Shown here piece by piece: positions 48,573-58,262 of a stretch of DNA of 64,000 nucleotides. The notes beneath the pieces were generated by a model. The model made no database searches. It had not been told where the DNA came from and saw only the letters and a list, made by a program, of their open reading frames with translations. The DNA is from an uncultured Gammaproteobacteria bacterium (GTDB taxonomy: Bacteria > Patescibacteriota > Microgenomatia > Woykebacterales > RBG-16-39-9b): NCBI GenBank assembly GCA_964360785.1, contig CAYHXX010000001.1, positions 9,334 to 73,333 on the forward strand, given 5' to 3'. How positions within the stretch are numbered: the first letter of the stretch is position 1; the number at the start of each line of letters is the position of its first letter. The position numbers and the translations under genes were made by a program.

Positions 48573-49708
48573 ATAGGTAATTCTTCTTGTTCTGGATCGG
48601 AGGTTGGTCCTTCGAGAGTTTTAATAGTTGGAAGGTCCTCGCCAGCAATTCCTTGTAGTTCTCCAAAAATATTAGTCGTGTTCTTTTCCAACCTAGATAG
48701 TTGGGTTTCTCTTTTTGCCCAGACTCGTTCCATCGATCTTTTTTCACTATCAAGATCGGTTTTCATAGCAATGAAACTTTCAATCTGCGATTCTATTCGG
48801 TGGCGGAAATTGTCTGAAGTTATATATTTATAGAGATCTTCTAGCTTCTCATCCTTATTTTCAGCAGCGGATTTGGCAGCAGCTACTTTCATCAACAGAA
48901 GTCTTAAAGTTGAGGCGACAGTTAGTATATCTTTATAAGAAGTCACCCAAACGCCATTTACCAGTCCAGAATTTCTTACTTTTTCGGGTAGATCCTCAAC
49001 CACTAACACAGCTTCAGAAGAGCCGGCAGTGCGCATATCCTCTTTGAGTTTTTGCAACCAGTTCTGATTCCACTTTGCTCTCTTGGCTTCCCAGATGATT
49101 GAACCGGCGACACTGCCCTGTTTGTTTCTGACAATTTGTAGGACATCGGCCCCACGAATTCCTTTGGGGACTTCTTTAATTTGGTCATCGGGGAAAGTAT
49201 TTTGCAGTTGAGTTTCAAGATCAAGTTCGAGAACTTCGCCTTGCAATTGCTGACTCCCCTGCTTGGTTTTGCGTTGGGCTTCGTCAAGTGCTTTTTGAGT
49301 GTCGGTTAATTTCTTCTCTAGCTCAAGCTTTTCCATCTTGGCTCGTTGTTCAAACTCTTGTTGGAATTTACCTAGCTGCTCTGTCAGCAGTTTTTCATTC
49401 TCTAGTTTGGATTTTTCATTCTGATCGAGAAGTTCTCGGATTCGTTTATTAAGTTCCAGGAGTTGTTCCTGCATTTGTCTATTTCGTTCCTTAAGTTCTT
49501 TGGATTCGTTCTCAGCGTTCCTGATCTTAAAATCAATTTCCGATTCAAACTTTTTCTTAGCTTCAACTAAGGTTTGTTCCCGGATTTTTTCAAGTTCTGC
49601 TTTTTGGTTGGCTTTTAACTCTTTGGAAAGCTTTTCCTCAACTTCATGAAACAAAGCTTGGGAGAGTTCAACTTCTTTAGAACAGTGGGGACAAATGATT
49701 TTTTCCAT
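48569..49708 (-). CDS. DUF2130-family protein (N-terminal zinc ribbon, long coiled coil, C-terminal nuclease-like domain)
   Basis: MEKIICPHCSKEV..; extensive E/K/Q heptads. Confidence 0.6.
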   Translation of the reverse strand: MEKIICPHCSKEVELSQALFHEVEEKLSKELKANQKAELEKIREQTLVEAKKKFESEIDFKIRNAENESKELKERNRQMQEQLLELNKRIRELLDQNEKSKLENEKLLTEQLGKFQQEFEQRAKMEKLELEKKLTDTQKALDEAQRKTKQGSQQLQGEVLELDLETQLQNTFPDDQIKEVPKGIRGADVLQIVRNKQGSVAGSIIWEAKRAKWNQNWLQKLKEDMRTAGSSEAVLVVEDLPEKVRNSGLVNGVWVTSYKDILTVASTLRLLLMKVAAAKSAAENKDEKLEDLYKYITSDNFRHRIESQIESFIAMKTDLDSEKRSMERVWAKRETQLSRLEKNTTNIFGELQGIAGEDLPTIKTLEGPTSDPEQEELPI

Positions 49709-49781
49709 CTGGGTTGAAATTCTACTCTAAGAGGAGTTTTTAGGCAAGAAAAGTTCTGGGGGGAAAAACACCTTAGATGAG

Positions 49782-51056
49782 CTATTCGTTCTTGATTGCT
49801 CGAATAGGATCGATGTTTGAGGCTCGGAATGCTGGCCAAAATGCTGAGAAGAGAGAAACAAAGGTTGTAACCGCAATAACGATCAGCGGAATGGTAGTAT
49901 TGTATGGAAGTATATTTACAGTTGGCAGGTCCTTCAAAAAAGTCTGATGGGTGTAAAAGTTAATAATGCTAAACCATCCAAGGGAAAGAATTGAAGCCAA
50001 GATACCAGATCCAAACCCAATCATGATTGCCTCCGTTGAAAACAATATTCTGATAGTACCTTTTGTTGCGCCAACTGCCTTCATAATCCCTATTTCCCGT
50101 GTTCTATCTTTGACCGCTACTGACATTGTCGTAAAGATAAATAGAGCTGAGATCACAAAACCGATAATTGCCAAGACTCGGAAGAACCACTCCACTGCCC
50201 CGCTAATTCCTTGGCTGATTTCCTCGGCAGTTGTAGACTCAAAACCCAGCTTCTCAATCGCTTTGTCGACATCACTAATTTGGTTTTTGTCCTTAACTTT
50301 CACCTTGATACCACTTCCAAATTGAGTTTTGTAGAGTTCTGGATTGCCATAATCGTCACGCGCCATTTGAACAGCGTCTTCGTAACCAACAACAAAGTCT
50401 GGATTTTCCGACACAGCATTGTCCGATACCCCAAGTATCTGGAAACTATAGTTTTGCTGACCATCGATAATTACCATCTTCCCAACCAAATCATCTGGTT
50501 TATCAGCACCAAAAACCTTCTGGTATTTGGCTGAGATTATTCCTACACCTTGGTCGTTTTTCTGCAAGTCTCGGCCAGCTACAATCTTTAATTTGTCCTT
50601 AGTTTCAATCGAGTTGTACGCTGTTATAGCAACGTATTTCTTACCACCACTGACAAGTTGTATGGCTTTAGTTATGGTTGCAAGATCAATTTCGTAATCG
50701 ACCTCTGCTACTCCAGAAACTTTTTTGATTTTCTCAATATCATCTTTCTTAAATAAAACTATCTCCATTCCATAAAGATTTAGTGTGTCTTGCTTGACCT
50801 CAACAGGTTCTTTGCTAGAGGTTGGTCCAGTGAAACTAATATTTATGTCAGGCGATTTTGGATTTACTCTCACTATGTCATCGGCTGGCAAAAATGATAG
50901 TTGTTCTTTAAGGAAACCACTAAACCCTGACTGTAAAGCCAATAGTGCGCTTAGAAGAATAGCTGCAATACACAGTGCAATCACTGTGAAAATATTGCGG
51001 AATTTACGCCGGAAAAGATTACGAAACGAAAGTTTGAAATAATACTTTAGTTTCAC
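49782..51056 (-). CDS. ABC transporter permease, FtsX/MacB-like
   Basis: TM1, large periplasmic loop, three C-terminal TM helices; stop overlaps the ATPase gene. Confidence 0.8.
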   Translation of the reverse strand: MKLKYYFKLSFRNLFRRKFRNIFTVIALCIAAILLSALLALQSGFSGFLKEQLSFLPADDIVRVNPKSPDINISFTGPTSSKEPVEVKQDTLNLYGMEIVLFKKDDIEKIKKVSGVAEVDYEIDLATITKAIQLVSGGKKYVAITAYNSIETKDKLKIVAGRDLQKNDQGVGIISAKYQKVFGADKPDDLVGKMVIIDGQQNYSFQILGVSDNAVSENPDFVVGYEDAVQMARDDYGNPELYKTQFGSGIKVKVKDKNQISDVDKAIEKLGFESTTAEEISQGISGAVEWFFRVLAIIGFVISALFIFTTMSVAVKDRTREIGIMKAVGATKGTIRILFSTEAIMIGFGSGILASILSLGWFSIINFYTHQTFLKDLPTVNILPYNTTIPLIVIAVTTFVSLFSAFWPAFRASNIDPIRAIKNE

Positions 51057-51715
51057 TGTATTCTCCCATCTTTAATTCGAATAATTTTGGAAGCAAGTGA
51101 AGCTATTTCTTCGTTGTGAGTTATCATCACCAAGGTGATACCTTTTTCCTTGTTGAGTTTCATCAAAAGATCGATAACTTGTTTTCCGGTCTTTGTGTCT
51201 AGGTTTCCTGTTGGCTCGTCGGCGAGAATAATTTGTGGGTCTGTGATCAAGGCACGGGCAATGGCGACTCGTTGTTGTTCTCCCCCGGAAAGCTCTTTTG
51301 GTAGATGCTTAGCTCGGTCACCAAGATCAACCTCACGCAGCACTGTTTCAGATTTTTGGTTGATATTCTGATCGGAGTCTTTGGCTAGGATCAGTGGTAA
51401 GGCCGCATTTTCTTTGGCGTTGAAGATAGGATGCAAATTGTAGGATTGGAATACGAAACCAACTTTTTTGTTGCGGAATTGAGACAGTTTCTTATCAGCT
51501 AGTTTTGCTAGGTTTTGATCATCAACTAAGACCTCGCCTGAAGTTGGCCGATCGAGACCACCCATTAGATGCATGAGAGTGGATTTACCACTGCCCGATG
51601 GTCCCAGGATAGCAACAAACTCACCCTTTCTTATCTCAACATTTACCTGGTCAAGGGCTTTGACCAAGTTTTTACCGATCTTGTAGATCTTGGAGACGTT
51701 TTTAAACTGGATCAT
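51053..51715 (-). CDS. ABC transporter ATP-binding protein (MacB/LolD-like)
   Basis: [35 protein letters not shown]. Confidence 0.9.
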   Translation of the reverse strand: MIQFKNVSKIYKIGKNLVKALDQVNVEIRKGEFVAILGPSGSGKSTLMHLMGGLDRPTSGEVLVDDQNLAKLADKKLSQFRNKKVGFVFQSYNLHPIFNAKENAALPLILAKDSDQNINQKSETVLREVDLGDRAKHLPKELSGGEQQRVAIARALITDPQIILADEPTGNLDTKTGKQVIDLLMKLNKEKGITLVMITHNEEIASLASKIIRIKDGRIQ

Positions 51716-51721
51716 GAAATC

Positions 51722-51907
51722 TTAGCAAAATTCGCAGACTTCGGCTTTTTTCTTCATATCAGGGGTGTTGACCTTGCAGCAATTTTCGCAGCAAAATTTC
51801 TTGCCGTCCATGGTGTAGTGTTCTCCTGCTTTGATTTCTTTGCCACAGTTTTCACAAACATGTTTTTCAGAATCTGTTTCTGGACCCATTCCAAGTATTT
51901 CACTCAT
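51722..51907 (-). CDS. Cys-rich small metal-binding protein (TRASH/YHS-like CxxC-x17-CCxxCC)
   Basis: 8 Cys in 61 aa: CENCGK...FCCENCCK...CEFC; first gene of the ABC operon (6-nt gap). Confidence 0.55.
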   Translation of the reverse strand: MSEILGMGPETDSEKHVCENCGKEIKAGEHYTMDGKKFCCENCCKVNTPDMKKKAEVCEFC

Positions 51908-51938
51908 ATATTTTAACTTTAAAGTAAAAGGAAAAAGC

Positions 51939-52010
51939 TGTCAAACGCTAAGGCGTTTCGCAAGTAGGAACTAGTCAAACGCTAAGGCGTTTCGCAAGTA
52001 GGAAATAGTC
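51939..52010. repeat. 2.2 tandem copies of a 34-nt unit GTCAAACGCTAAGGCGTTTCGCAAGTAGGAA(C/A)TA, each with an AAACGC-taag-GCGTTT hairpin
   Basis: Read directly; 32 nt upstream of the TRASH-ABC operon start codon. Confidence 0.7.
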
Positions 52011-52021
52011 AAGAAAAAGAG

Positions 52022-52063
52022 AAAAGGCAGCGGGCGCTAGTTGGTAGGAAACCAATGCCCGCT
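52022..52063 (-). terminator. intrinsic terminator (minus strand)
   Basis: AGCGGGC...TTGGT-aggaa-ACCAA...GCCCGCT, then on the minus strand GCCTTTTCTCTTTTTC. Confidence 0.5.
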
Positions 52064-52202
52064 ACCTTGATGAGGACAACTTATCTAATCGGGACTGCCG
52101 CCTGGCTACAAGAGTTATTTGTCGGTTAACCAGAGGTTACCGCAGGACATCAGTGCCGTTGGTCCTGGGTGGGCTTACAGACCCCTGCGCTGCTGTGTCG
52201 CG

Positions 52203-52376
52203 CTAGGTCGCCGAGATCGCCACCGCTGCCGCGCCGGCCACGTTGTGGTCGAGCGCTGCCTTCTTCCGCCCGGTCTTCAGGCCGATCTTCGCTCGTGTCG
52301 GCGTCTTGTCGAACGCTGCAGCCGCCTGCTCGGGGCTCGCGCGCGTTGCGCCGGTGAACATGGAGATGCTTCGCAT
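52203..52376 (-). CDS. candidate 57-aa Ala-rich ORF in a ~65% GC islet
   Basis: GGAGG 10 nt upstream of ATG; MRSISMFTGATRASPEQAAAAFDKTPTRAKIGLKTGRKKAALDH...; could instead be a gene remnant or non-coding. Confidence 0.2.
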   Translation of the reverse strand: MRSISMFTGATRASPEQAAAAFDKTPTRAKIGLKTGRKKAALDHNVAGAAAVAISAT

Positions 52377-52580
52377 AGGCTACTTGCCTCCGCTGTTGGT
52401 TCCTTCCGTTGTCGTTCCCAGCACTGCTCCTACCTCAGTACTAGTATGACTGCAGCTTGCCTCAAGCTTTGCACCTCTCGGTTGCCTGCTTGTTCACTTT
52501 TCGTGAAAGGCTCACTACATGAGAAGAATTTTACTACTAGCCAGAAAGCCTGTCAATATAATTGCACTTTAAAAAAAAGA

Positions 52581-52609
52581 AACAGCAGGTTGTTAAGACT
52601 GCTGCTGTT
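52581..52609. terminator. bidirectional intrinsic terminator
   Basis: AACAGCAG-13nt-CTGCTGTT flanked by A8 (T8 on the minus strand) and TTTTCTTGATTT. Confidence 0.55.
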
Positions 52610-52865
52610 TTCTTGATTTGATTTTTTCGTATAAGAAAAACGCTGGGATAGATATTGGCCAAGTTAGACTAAAGCCAACTCCAATTGGCACGTACTCTTG
52701 GAATTCCATCTTCAAGTGGCGTTTCTCTTTTCTCTTTCTCTCCTGTATTAGCCACCATCCTAGATCGATTATGAGCCAGGTGAAGGTAGCTAGCGTACCT
52801 AGTATATAGATTCGTCTCAAGACGATCTCGTTCGTAGAAGACCACTTCTTTCTTTCAGTCTCCAC
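52593..52865 (-). CDS. small membrane protein
   Basis: Two hydrophobic helices; overlaps the upstream gene, so the true start may be internal. Confidence 0.3.
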   Translation of the reverse strand: METERKKWSSTNEIVLRRIYILGTLATFTWLIIDLGWWLIQERKRKEKRHLKMEFQEYVPIGVGFSLTWPISIPAFFLYEKIKSRKQQQS

Positions 52866-53083
52866 TCAGCAGCATGTAACTCTTTGGCGGTTTTTGAATC
52901 TTCACCTAATATTGCGGTGATGAGTTCGATCTGCTCTTCTAAGTCTGAACAGTCGTTAAGTGAACCAACGTTGTCGATTCTGTCCTGAAATTCAATTGCC
53001 CCTTCCACTTGGGCTCTCAGCATTCTGGCTGTTTGATATATACCAGCGAGCTGTGCTACTGCGGTGTTGAGTGCTTCAGCCAC
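52817..53083 (-). CDS. CsoR/RcnR/FrmR-family (DUF156) metal-sensing transcriptional repressor-like protein
   Basis: AGGGAGG RBS + GTG start; all-helical 88 aa; ARMLRAQVEGAIEFQDRI..DCSDLEEQI resembles the RLKRIEGQVRG..YCIDILTQI core with Cys and His at fingerprint positions. Confidence 0.5.
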   Translation of the reverse strand: MAEALNTAVAQLAGIYQTARMLRAQVEGAIEFQDRIDNVGSLNDCSDLEEQIELITAILGEDSKTAKELHAAEWRLKERSGLLRTRSS

Positions 53084-53158
53084 AGTAAACCTCCCTTTCC
53101 AAGTCTAAATTATAAGCTAGGATAGCAAATTTTGAGGTTTTTGATTATAATTTTCTTA

Positions 53159-55840
53159 ATGCCTGAACAGGATTTTTACAAACTTTCCCAAGAAGAACTT
53201 TTTGTCCAACTCGAAACCAGCAAAAAAGGACTCTCCGCAGAGGAGGTCCAAAGGCGGTTGGAAAAGTATGGGCAAAACAAACTAACTGCCAAAAAGAAAA
53301 TTTCTCCGTTTGAAATCTTTCTTTCTCAATTTAAAAACAACCTCATACTGATATTGATTGCTGCAGCCTTCTTGGTGTTTTTTGTCTATTTCTTTGGCAA
53401 AGAACAGGATTCTTCTGATCTGATCGAGGGCAGTTTGATCTTGGCAATTGTTTTGATGATTACAATCCTTGGTTTTGTTCAAGAATACAAAGCCGAGAAA
53501 GCCGTTGAAGCTCTCAAAAAGTTGCTTGCCTTCAATGCCAAGGTGGTTCGTGATGGTAGCGAGCACCAAGTTGATGTCACAAGTTTGGTCCCTGGAGATG
53601 TTGTGGTACTTGAAGAGGGTGAGAAAGTTCCGGCAGACATCCGGCTGTTTCAAGTTTCCAACATCACTACTCTCGAAGCTTCATTGACTGGCGAATCAAC
53701 CCCCGTGAGCAAAAATACTGACCCAATAGATAAGGCTGTTCAGATTGGTGACCAAAAGAATATGGTTTTTTCTAGTACTATCATTGCTTCTGGACGGGGT
53801 TTGGGAGTAGTGGTCAAAACTGGAGATCTGACAGAAATTGGAAAAATTGCCAACTCTGTTGCTAGCGTTGAGGACGAGGAAACCCCAATTCAAAAAAGAC
53901 TGGATGATATTGGCAAAGCCCTTGGTTTTATTGTCCTGGGTGTTTGTGCGGTTGTTTTTGTCTTCATTGTTTTCTTCGCCGGAGAATTTCAAAAGCTAGA
54001 CCTGTTTACTAGAGTCATAACATCGTTTATTGCCGCTATCTCACTAGCCGTGGCTGCGATTCCGGAAGGTTTACCGGCTGTGGTAACAATCGCACTTGCT
54101 TTGGGAACACAGCGAATGTTGAGACGGAAGATTTTGGTTAGGAAGCTGAATTCGGTTGAAACCCTCGGGTCAACGGATGTGGTTTGCTCAGACAAGACTG
54201 GAACTTTGACGAAAAACGAGATGACTGTTCAGGAACTTTATTTTAATAACCAGATCTACTCTGTTACCGGAACTGGCTATGAGCGACAAGGTGACTTTTT
54301 GCTCGAAGGAAAGAAAGTGGATCCAAAGGAGCTCGAACTGCTGCTCGCGATTGGACAAATCTGTAACGATGCAAACTTTGAGGGTGAGAAACTCTTGGGA
54401 GACCCGACCGAAGGCGCCCTGCTCGTCAGTGCAGCCAAAGCAGGTGTCGAGAAAAAAGTAGAAAGAGTCAAAGAGATTCCTTTTAGTTCTTCACGTAAGA
54501 TGATGTCAGTGGCCGATGAGGATGCTGGCAAAATCCTTGTTTATGCCAAAGGGGCTCCAGAAGTTCTCCTGGAACACTGTGAAAAGCTATTGGTTGCTGG
54601 TAAAGGGATCGAACTTTCAAAATCTGATAAAGAACAAATCCTCAGAACAGTTGACCAGATGTCCCACAAAGCCCTGCGGACACTTGCCTTTGCTTACAAA
54701 GAAACTGACAAAATTGAAGAGGATGAGCAGATGGAAGCGGGTCTGGTTTTTGTTGGGTTGCAAGGAATGATCGATCCTCCAAGAGTCGAGATCGAGCCTT
54801 TGATCAATGCCTGTAACAGCTCAGGAATTCGCACGATCATGATCACTGGCGACCATCAAGCCACAGCCGAGGCAGTTGCCCATCAGGTTGGTATTGATGG
54901 TAAAAGTATTTCCGGCACCGAGCTTGATAAACTCAGCCCAGAGGAGCTCGACAAAGTGGTCCAAGAGGTTGATATCTATGCTCGAGTCTCTCCTGACTTT
55001 AAGATGAAGATTGTCGATATCCTCCAGAAACACGGGCACATTGTGGCAATGACGGGTGACGGGGTCAACGACGCTCCCGCAGTCAAAAGGGCTGATATTG
55101 GGATTGCCATGGGAATCACCGGCACTGATGTGGCCAAGGAGGCTTCTGACATGGTCTTGCTTGATGATAACTTCTCTACCATAGTAGCGGCTATCGAAGA
55201 AGGACGCGGGATTTTTACTAATATCCGAAAATTTGTAGATTATTTGCTTTCTTGTAATATTGCTGAAGTCTTGGTTGTCTTCTTTGCTCTGATGCTCTTT
55301 CAACATCTGCCCCTGACAGCAATAATGCTGCTTTGGATAAATGTGATCACCGATGGTCTACCAGCAATAGCACTGGGACTAGATCCAGCGGAAAAAGGGA
55401 TCATGCGCTACTCCCCCAAGAAATTTCAGGAGCAAATTATCAACAAACGTCTTTGGGTGGAAATGGTTGTTTTTGGAGTACTGCTGACAATCGGAGTGCT
55501 TGGAATTTACTGGCACAATATTCCCGAGGGTTTGGCTGAAGCTCGAGCAGCGGCTTTTATGGCAATTGTAATTTTCGAATTAGTCAGGTTGCTAATCATC
55601 CGAGCAGATCACAAAACTTCAATCTTTTCAAACGGTTGGTTGATTGTGGCCGTGGTTGTATCGGTTCTGCTTCAGGTAGCGCTTGTTTATATCCCCTTCT
55701 TGGCAAACCTCTTTGAGATCAAACACATTGATCTTTTTGACTGGGTTTATATTGTGATTGGGAGTGGTATTATCTGGGGTAGTTTTGAGTTGATACGGCG
55801 TGTGACCAATCAGCTTTCAATATTAGACGAGAAAGCTTAA
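53159..55840 (+). CDS. P2-type cation-transporting P-type ATPase (Ca2+/Mg2+ pump-like)
   Basis: PEGLPAVVTIALA (TM4), DKTGTLTKNEM, TGDHQATA, GDGVNDAPA; the track ORF starts at TTG 53132, ATG 53159 preferred. Confidence 0.9.
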   Translation: MPEQDFYKLSQEELFVQLETSKKGLSAEEVQRRLEKYGQNKLTAKKKISPFEIFLSQFKNNLILILIAAAFLVFFVYFFGKEQDSSDLIEGSLILAIVLMITILGFVQEYKAEKAVEALKKLLAFNAKVVRDGSEHQVDVTSLVPGDVVVLEEGEKVPADIRLFQVSNITTLEASLTGESTPVSKNTDPIDKAVQIGDQKNMVFSSTIIASGRGLGVVVKTGDLTEIGKIANSVASVEDEETPIQKRLDDIGKALGFIVLGVCAVVFVFIVFFAGEFQKLDLFTRVITSFIAAISLAVAAIPEGLPAVVTIALALGTQRMLRRKILVRKLNSVETLGSTDVVCSDKTGTLTKNEMTVQELYFNNQIYSVTGTGYERQGDFLLEGKKVDPKELELLLAIGQICNDANFEGEKLLGDPTEGALLVSAAKAGVEKKVERVKEIPFSSSRKMMSVADEDAGKILVYAKGAPEVLLEHCEKLLVAGKGIELSKSDKEQILRTVDQMSHKALRTLAFAYKETDKIEEDEQMEAGLVFVGLQGMIDPPRVEIEPLINACNSSGIRTIMITGDHQATAEAVAHQVGIDGKSISGTELDKLSPEELDKVVQEVDIYARVSPDFKMKIVDILQKHGHIVAMTGDGVNDAPAVKRADIGIAMGITGTDVAKEASDMVLLDDNFSTIVAAIEEGRGIFTNIRKFVDYLLSCNIAEVLVVFFALMLFQHLPLTAIMLLWINVITDGLPAIALGLDPAEKGIMRYSPKKFQEQIINKRLWVEMVVFGVLLTIGVLGIYWHNIPEGLAEARAAAFMAIVIFELVRLLIIRADHKTSIFSNGWLIVAVVVSVLLQVALVYIPFLANLFEIKHIDLFDWVYIVIGSGIIWGSFELIRRVTNQLSILDEKA

Positions 55841-55852
55841 AGTATCTTAAAT

Positions 55853-57211
55853 ATGGCTTATGATTTTGATCTGATTGTGATCGGTTCTGGAGCTGGGGGT
55901 TCGGTTGGGGCCCACCACGCTGCTTCTTTGGGTAAGAAAGTTGCTGTTTTTGAAAAAGGTGATGTTGGTGGAGAGTGTCCAAACTGGGCCTGTGTCCCAA
56001 CAAAAGCTCTGTTAACAGCCGCCGAGGCCTATGAAACTGCCAAGCTGAGTGGTAAGTTTGGGATCAGCACCGGTGAGGTCTCGTTTGATTACTCAAAAAT
56101 TAGGGACTGGAAGAACTTGGTCGTTTCGCGTACTGGGGCCGCCCACGGAGAAGAATCTCTCAAAGAAAATAATATTACACTTATCAAAGAAAAAGCGCAG
56201 TTTGTCTCTGCCCACGAGGTACTCGCAGGAGAGAAAACTTATTCTGCAGAGTATCTACTGATAGCCACAGGCTCGGACGTCTTTATCCCCCCAATTCCTG
56301 GAATTGAAGAATCTGGTTATATCACTTTCAGACAGGCGGTTGATTTTGACCATCTGCCCAAATCTATTTTTATCCTTGGTGGTGGGCCGATTGGTTGTGA
56401 ATTTGCCCAGATATTTTCAACTTTAGGATCAGAAGTTTACCTTGCCGATACTCTACCCGCTTTGATGGCGCGGGAAGAAAAAGAAGTTGGTGCCTTGTTG
56501 CAAGCTTTGTTTGAGCACCGCAAAGTCAAAGTAAAGGTTTCCTGTCAGGTGAGCAAAATTGAAAAAACTGGAACCAGCAAAAAAATAACCTACACTATCC
56601 ACGGCAGGGAAGAAACAGCCGAAGTTGAGGAAATACTTGTGGCTACCGGCAAAAAACCAGTTACTGATATTGATATGGAAAAAGCTGGTGTTACCTATGA
56701 CAAAAAGATGATTCATGTGAATGAATTTCTGCAGACAACCACGCCAAACATTTACGCTTCTGGTGATATAGTTGGACCGTTTCTTTTCACCCACACGGGC
56801 AATTACCAAAGCTATATTGCAGTTAACAATATGTTCTCGGAAAACAAAATCTCACCTGACTATACGGTCGTCCCTCGTTGTGTCTTCACCGAACCAGAAG
56901 TTGGTACTGTAGGAATTACTGAAGCTGCAGCTATCGAAAAAGGAATCAAAATCAAAAAAGCCGCAGTTCCAATTTCTATCCTGGGTCGAGCCAACACCGC
57001 GGACGCTTTTGATGGGTTTGTCAAAGTCATTACCGATGAAAATGAAGTAATTTTAGGAGCGGCCATTGTTGCTCCCCGTGCTGGCGAAATGATTCACGAA
57101 CTTGCCTTGGCGATGAAGTTGAAAGCGAGAGCGAGCGATGTTGCAGAAATGATCCACGCCTACCCGACTTTCTCAGAAGCAATAAAAATTGTCTGTGCGA
57201 ATGTGGAATAA
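55853..57211 (+). CDS. class I pyridine nucleotide-disulfide oxidoreductase (dihydrolipoyl dehydrogenase-like)
   Basis: GSGAGG FAD motif, redox-active GGECPNWACVPTK, C-terminal HAYPTFSE dyad. Confidence 0.85.
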   Translation: MAYDFDLIVIGSGAGGSVGAHHAASLGKKVAVFEKGDVGGECPNWACVPTKALLTAAEAYETAKLSGKFGISTGEVSFDYSKIRDWKNLVVSRTGAAHGEESLKENNITLIKEKAQFVSAHEVLAGEKTYSAEYLLIATGSDVFIPPIPGIEESGYITFRQAVDFDHLPKSIFILGGGPIGCEFAQIFSTLGSEVYLADTLPALMAREEKEVGALLQALFEHRKVKVKVSCQVSKIEKTGTSKKITYTIHGREETAEVEEILVATGKKPVTDIDMEKAGVTYDKKMIHVNEFLQTTTPNIYASGDIVGPFLFTHTGNYQSYIAVNNMFSENKISPDYTVVPRCVFTEPEVGTVGITEAAAIEKGIKIKKAAVPISILGRANTADAFDGFVKVITDENEVILGAAIVAPRAGEMIHELALAMKLKARASDVAEMIHAYPTFSEAIKIVCANVE

Positions 57212-57223
57212 AAAAAGGAGCGA

Positions 57224-57601
57224 TCAGTTATAGACCGCTCTGGGGTAACTTGGACACGGACAAATTTGACTCCAGCACCCTGTTCTCTTAATCGTATAGA
57301 CATCAGCCCGAACCTTCTGTCTTGAATGATCCCAAACCTCCCTGTCTAACTTTTCACCCATCGTGAATGAAAACACATGGTTTCCGTTTGGGTCAAATAC
57401 CTCTCCGCCTTGAATTCCAATTGTAATCCTTACTGATTTACCAGTCTTCTCCCTCAGAGCACTAACTACGACCGATCGTCGAGCTTCGAGGGTAAAGCTT
57501 TGATCCGATTCGTTGTGATCCGAACGGATCTCAAATTCGATCGTCTCATTTGGATATGGTATCTCTAGTTTCCCAAAAGGCAGGTCTAGAACTCGCATCA
57601 C
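57224..57601 (-). CDS. hypothetical protein
   Basis: 125 aa; C-terminal CWSQICPCPSY Cys cluster. Confidence 0.4.
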   Translation of the reverse strand: MMRVLDLPFGKLEIPYPNETIEFEIRSDHNESDQSFTLEARRSVVVSALREKTGKSVRITIGIQGGEVFDPNGNHVFSFTMGEKLDREVWDHSRQKVRADVYTIKRTGCWSQICPCPSYPRAVYN

Positions 57602-57710
57602 GACTCTCCTTCCAAGACAAATTATACTCTAGCTTAGCAAAAAATTGGATTAAGGTTTTAGTTTCTGGATTATTCTGCCGAATAAACTGTGGCGTTTGGT
57701 GCGGCGACGT

Positions 57711-58262
57711 TCAGTTTCCTTCAAGTTTGAAAGTTGAAAGACGGGTGTATTCGGAAGCTCCTTCGATTGGTTTGGATTCAAAGAGGCTGATCTGATCTAC
57801 CACAAACTTTTTTTGCTCTAGCTCAGGTTGGGCCAAAGAGCTTTCTTCAAGAACTATTCCCTGTTTGATTCTCGCTAAAGTTATGTGCGGAATGCGCTCA
57901 GTTCGAGTTTGTTCAGTGATGTACGGTTTCACATTAGAGTAAATTTTTCCAACCAAATCGGAATATTGTTCGCTTGGTGCTAGTTTGGCCCAGATCATGC
58001 TGGCATCCTTCCCAGGCGGAGCCAAGATTACTCTATCATAGTGAAGTTCAAATTGTTTGGTAATACCAGCGATAAGAGAAATTTCTTTTTCGACACTTGG
58101 AATATTTTCCTCTGTAACGTAGCCGAGAAAAGCAACCGTGAGATGAAAATCCTCTTCTCTGGTCCAGGAGACTTGGTTTATAGATAGGGTTTTTTGGTAG
58201 GCGGAAAACCCAACGGCTAGACTTTTAGGGATATCGGCTGCAACAAATAGACGCCTCTTCAT
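57711..58262 (-). CDS. thpR: RNA 2',3'-cyclic phosphodiesterase (ThpR/LigT, 2H family)
   Basis: Two HxT motifs (HLTVAFLG, HITLAR) at the spacing typical of this family. Confidence 0.75.
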   Translation of the reverse strand: MKRRLFVAADIPKSLAVGFSAYQKTLSINQVSWTREEDFHLTVAFLGYVTEENIPSVEKEISLIAGITKQFELHYDRVILAPPGKDASMIWAKLAPSEQYSDLVGKIYSNVKPYITEQTRTERIPHITLARIKQGIVLEESSLAQPELEQKKFVVDQISLFESKPIEGASEYTRLSTFKLEGN

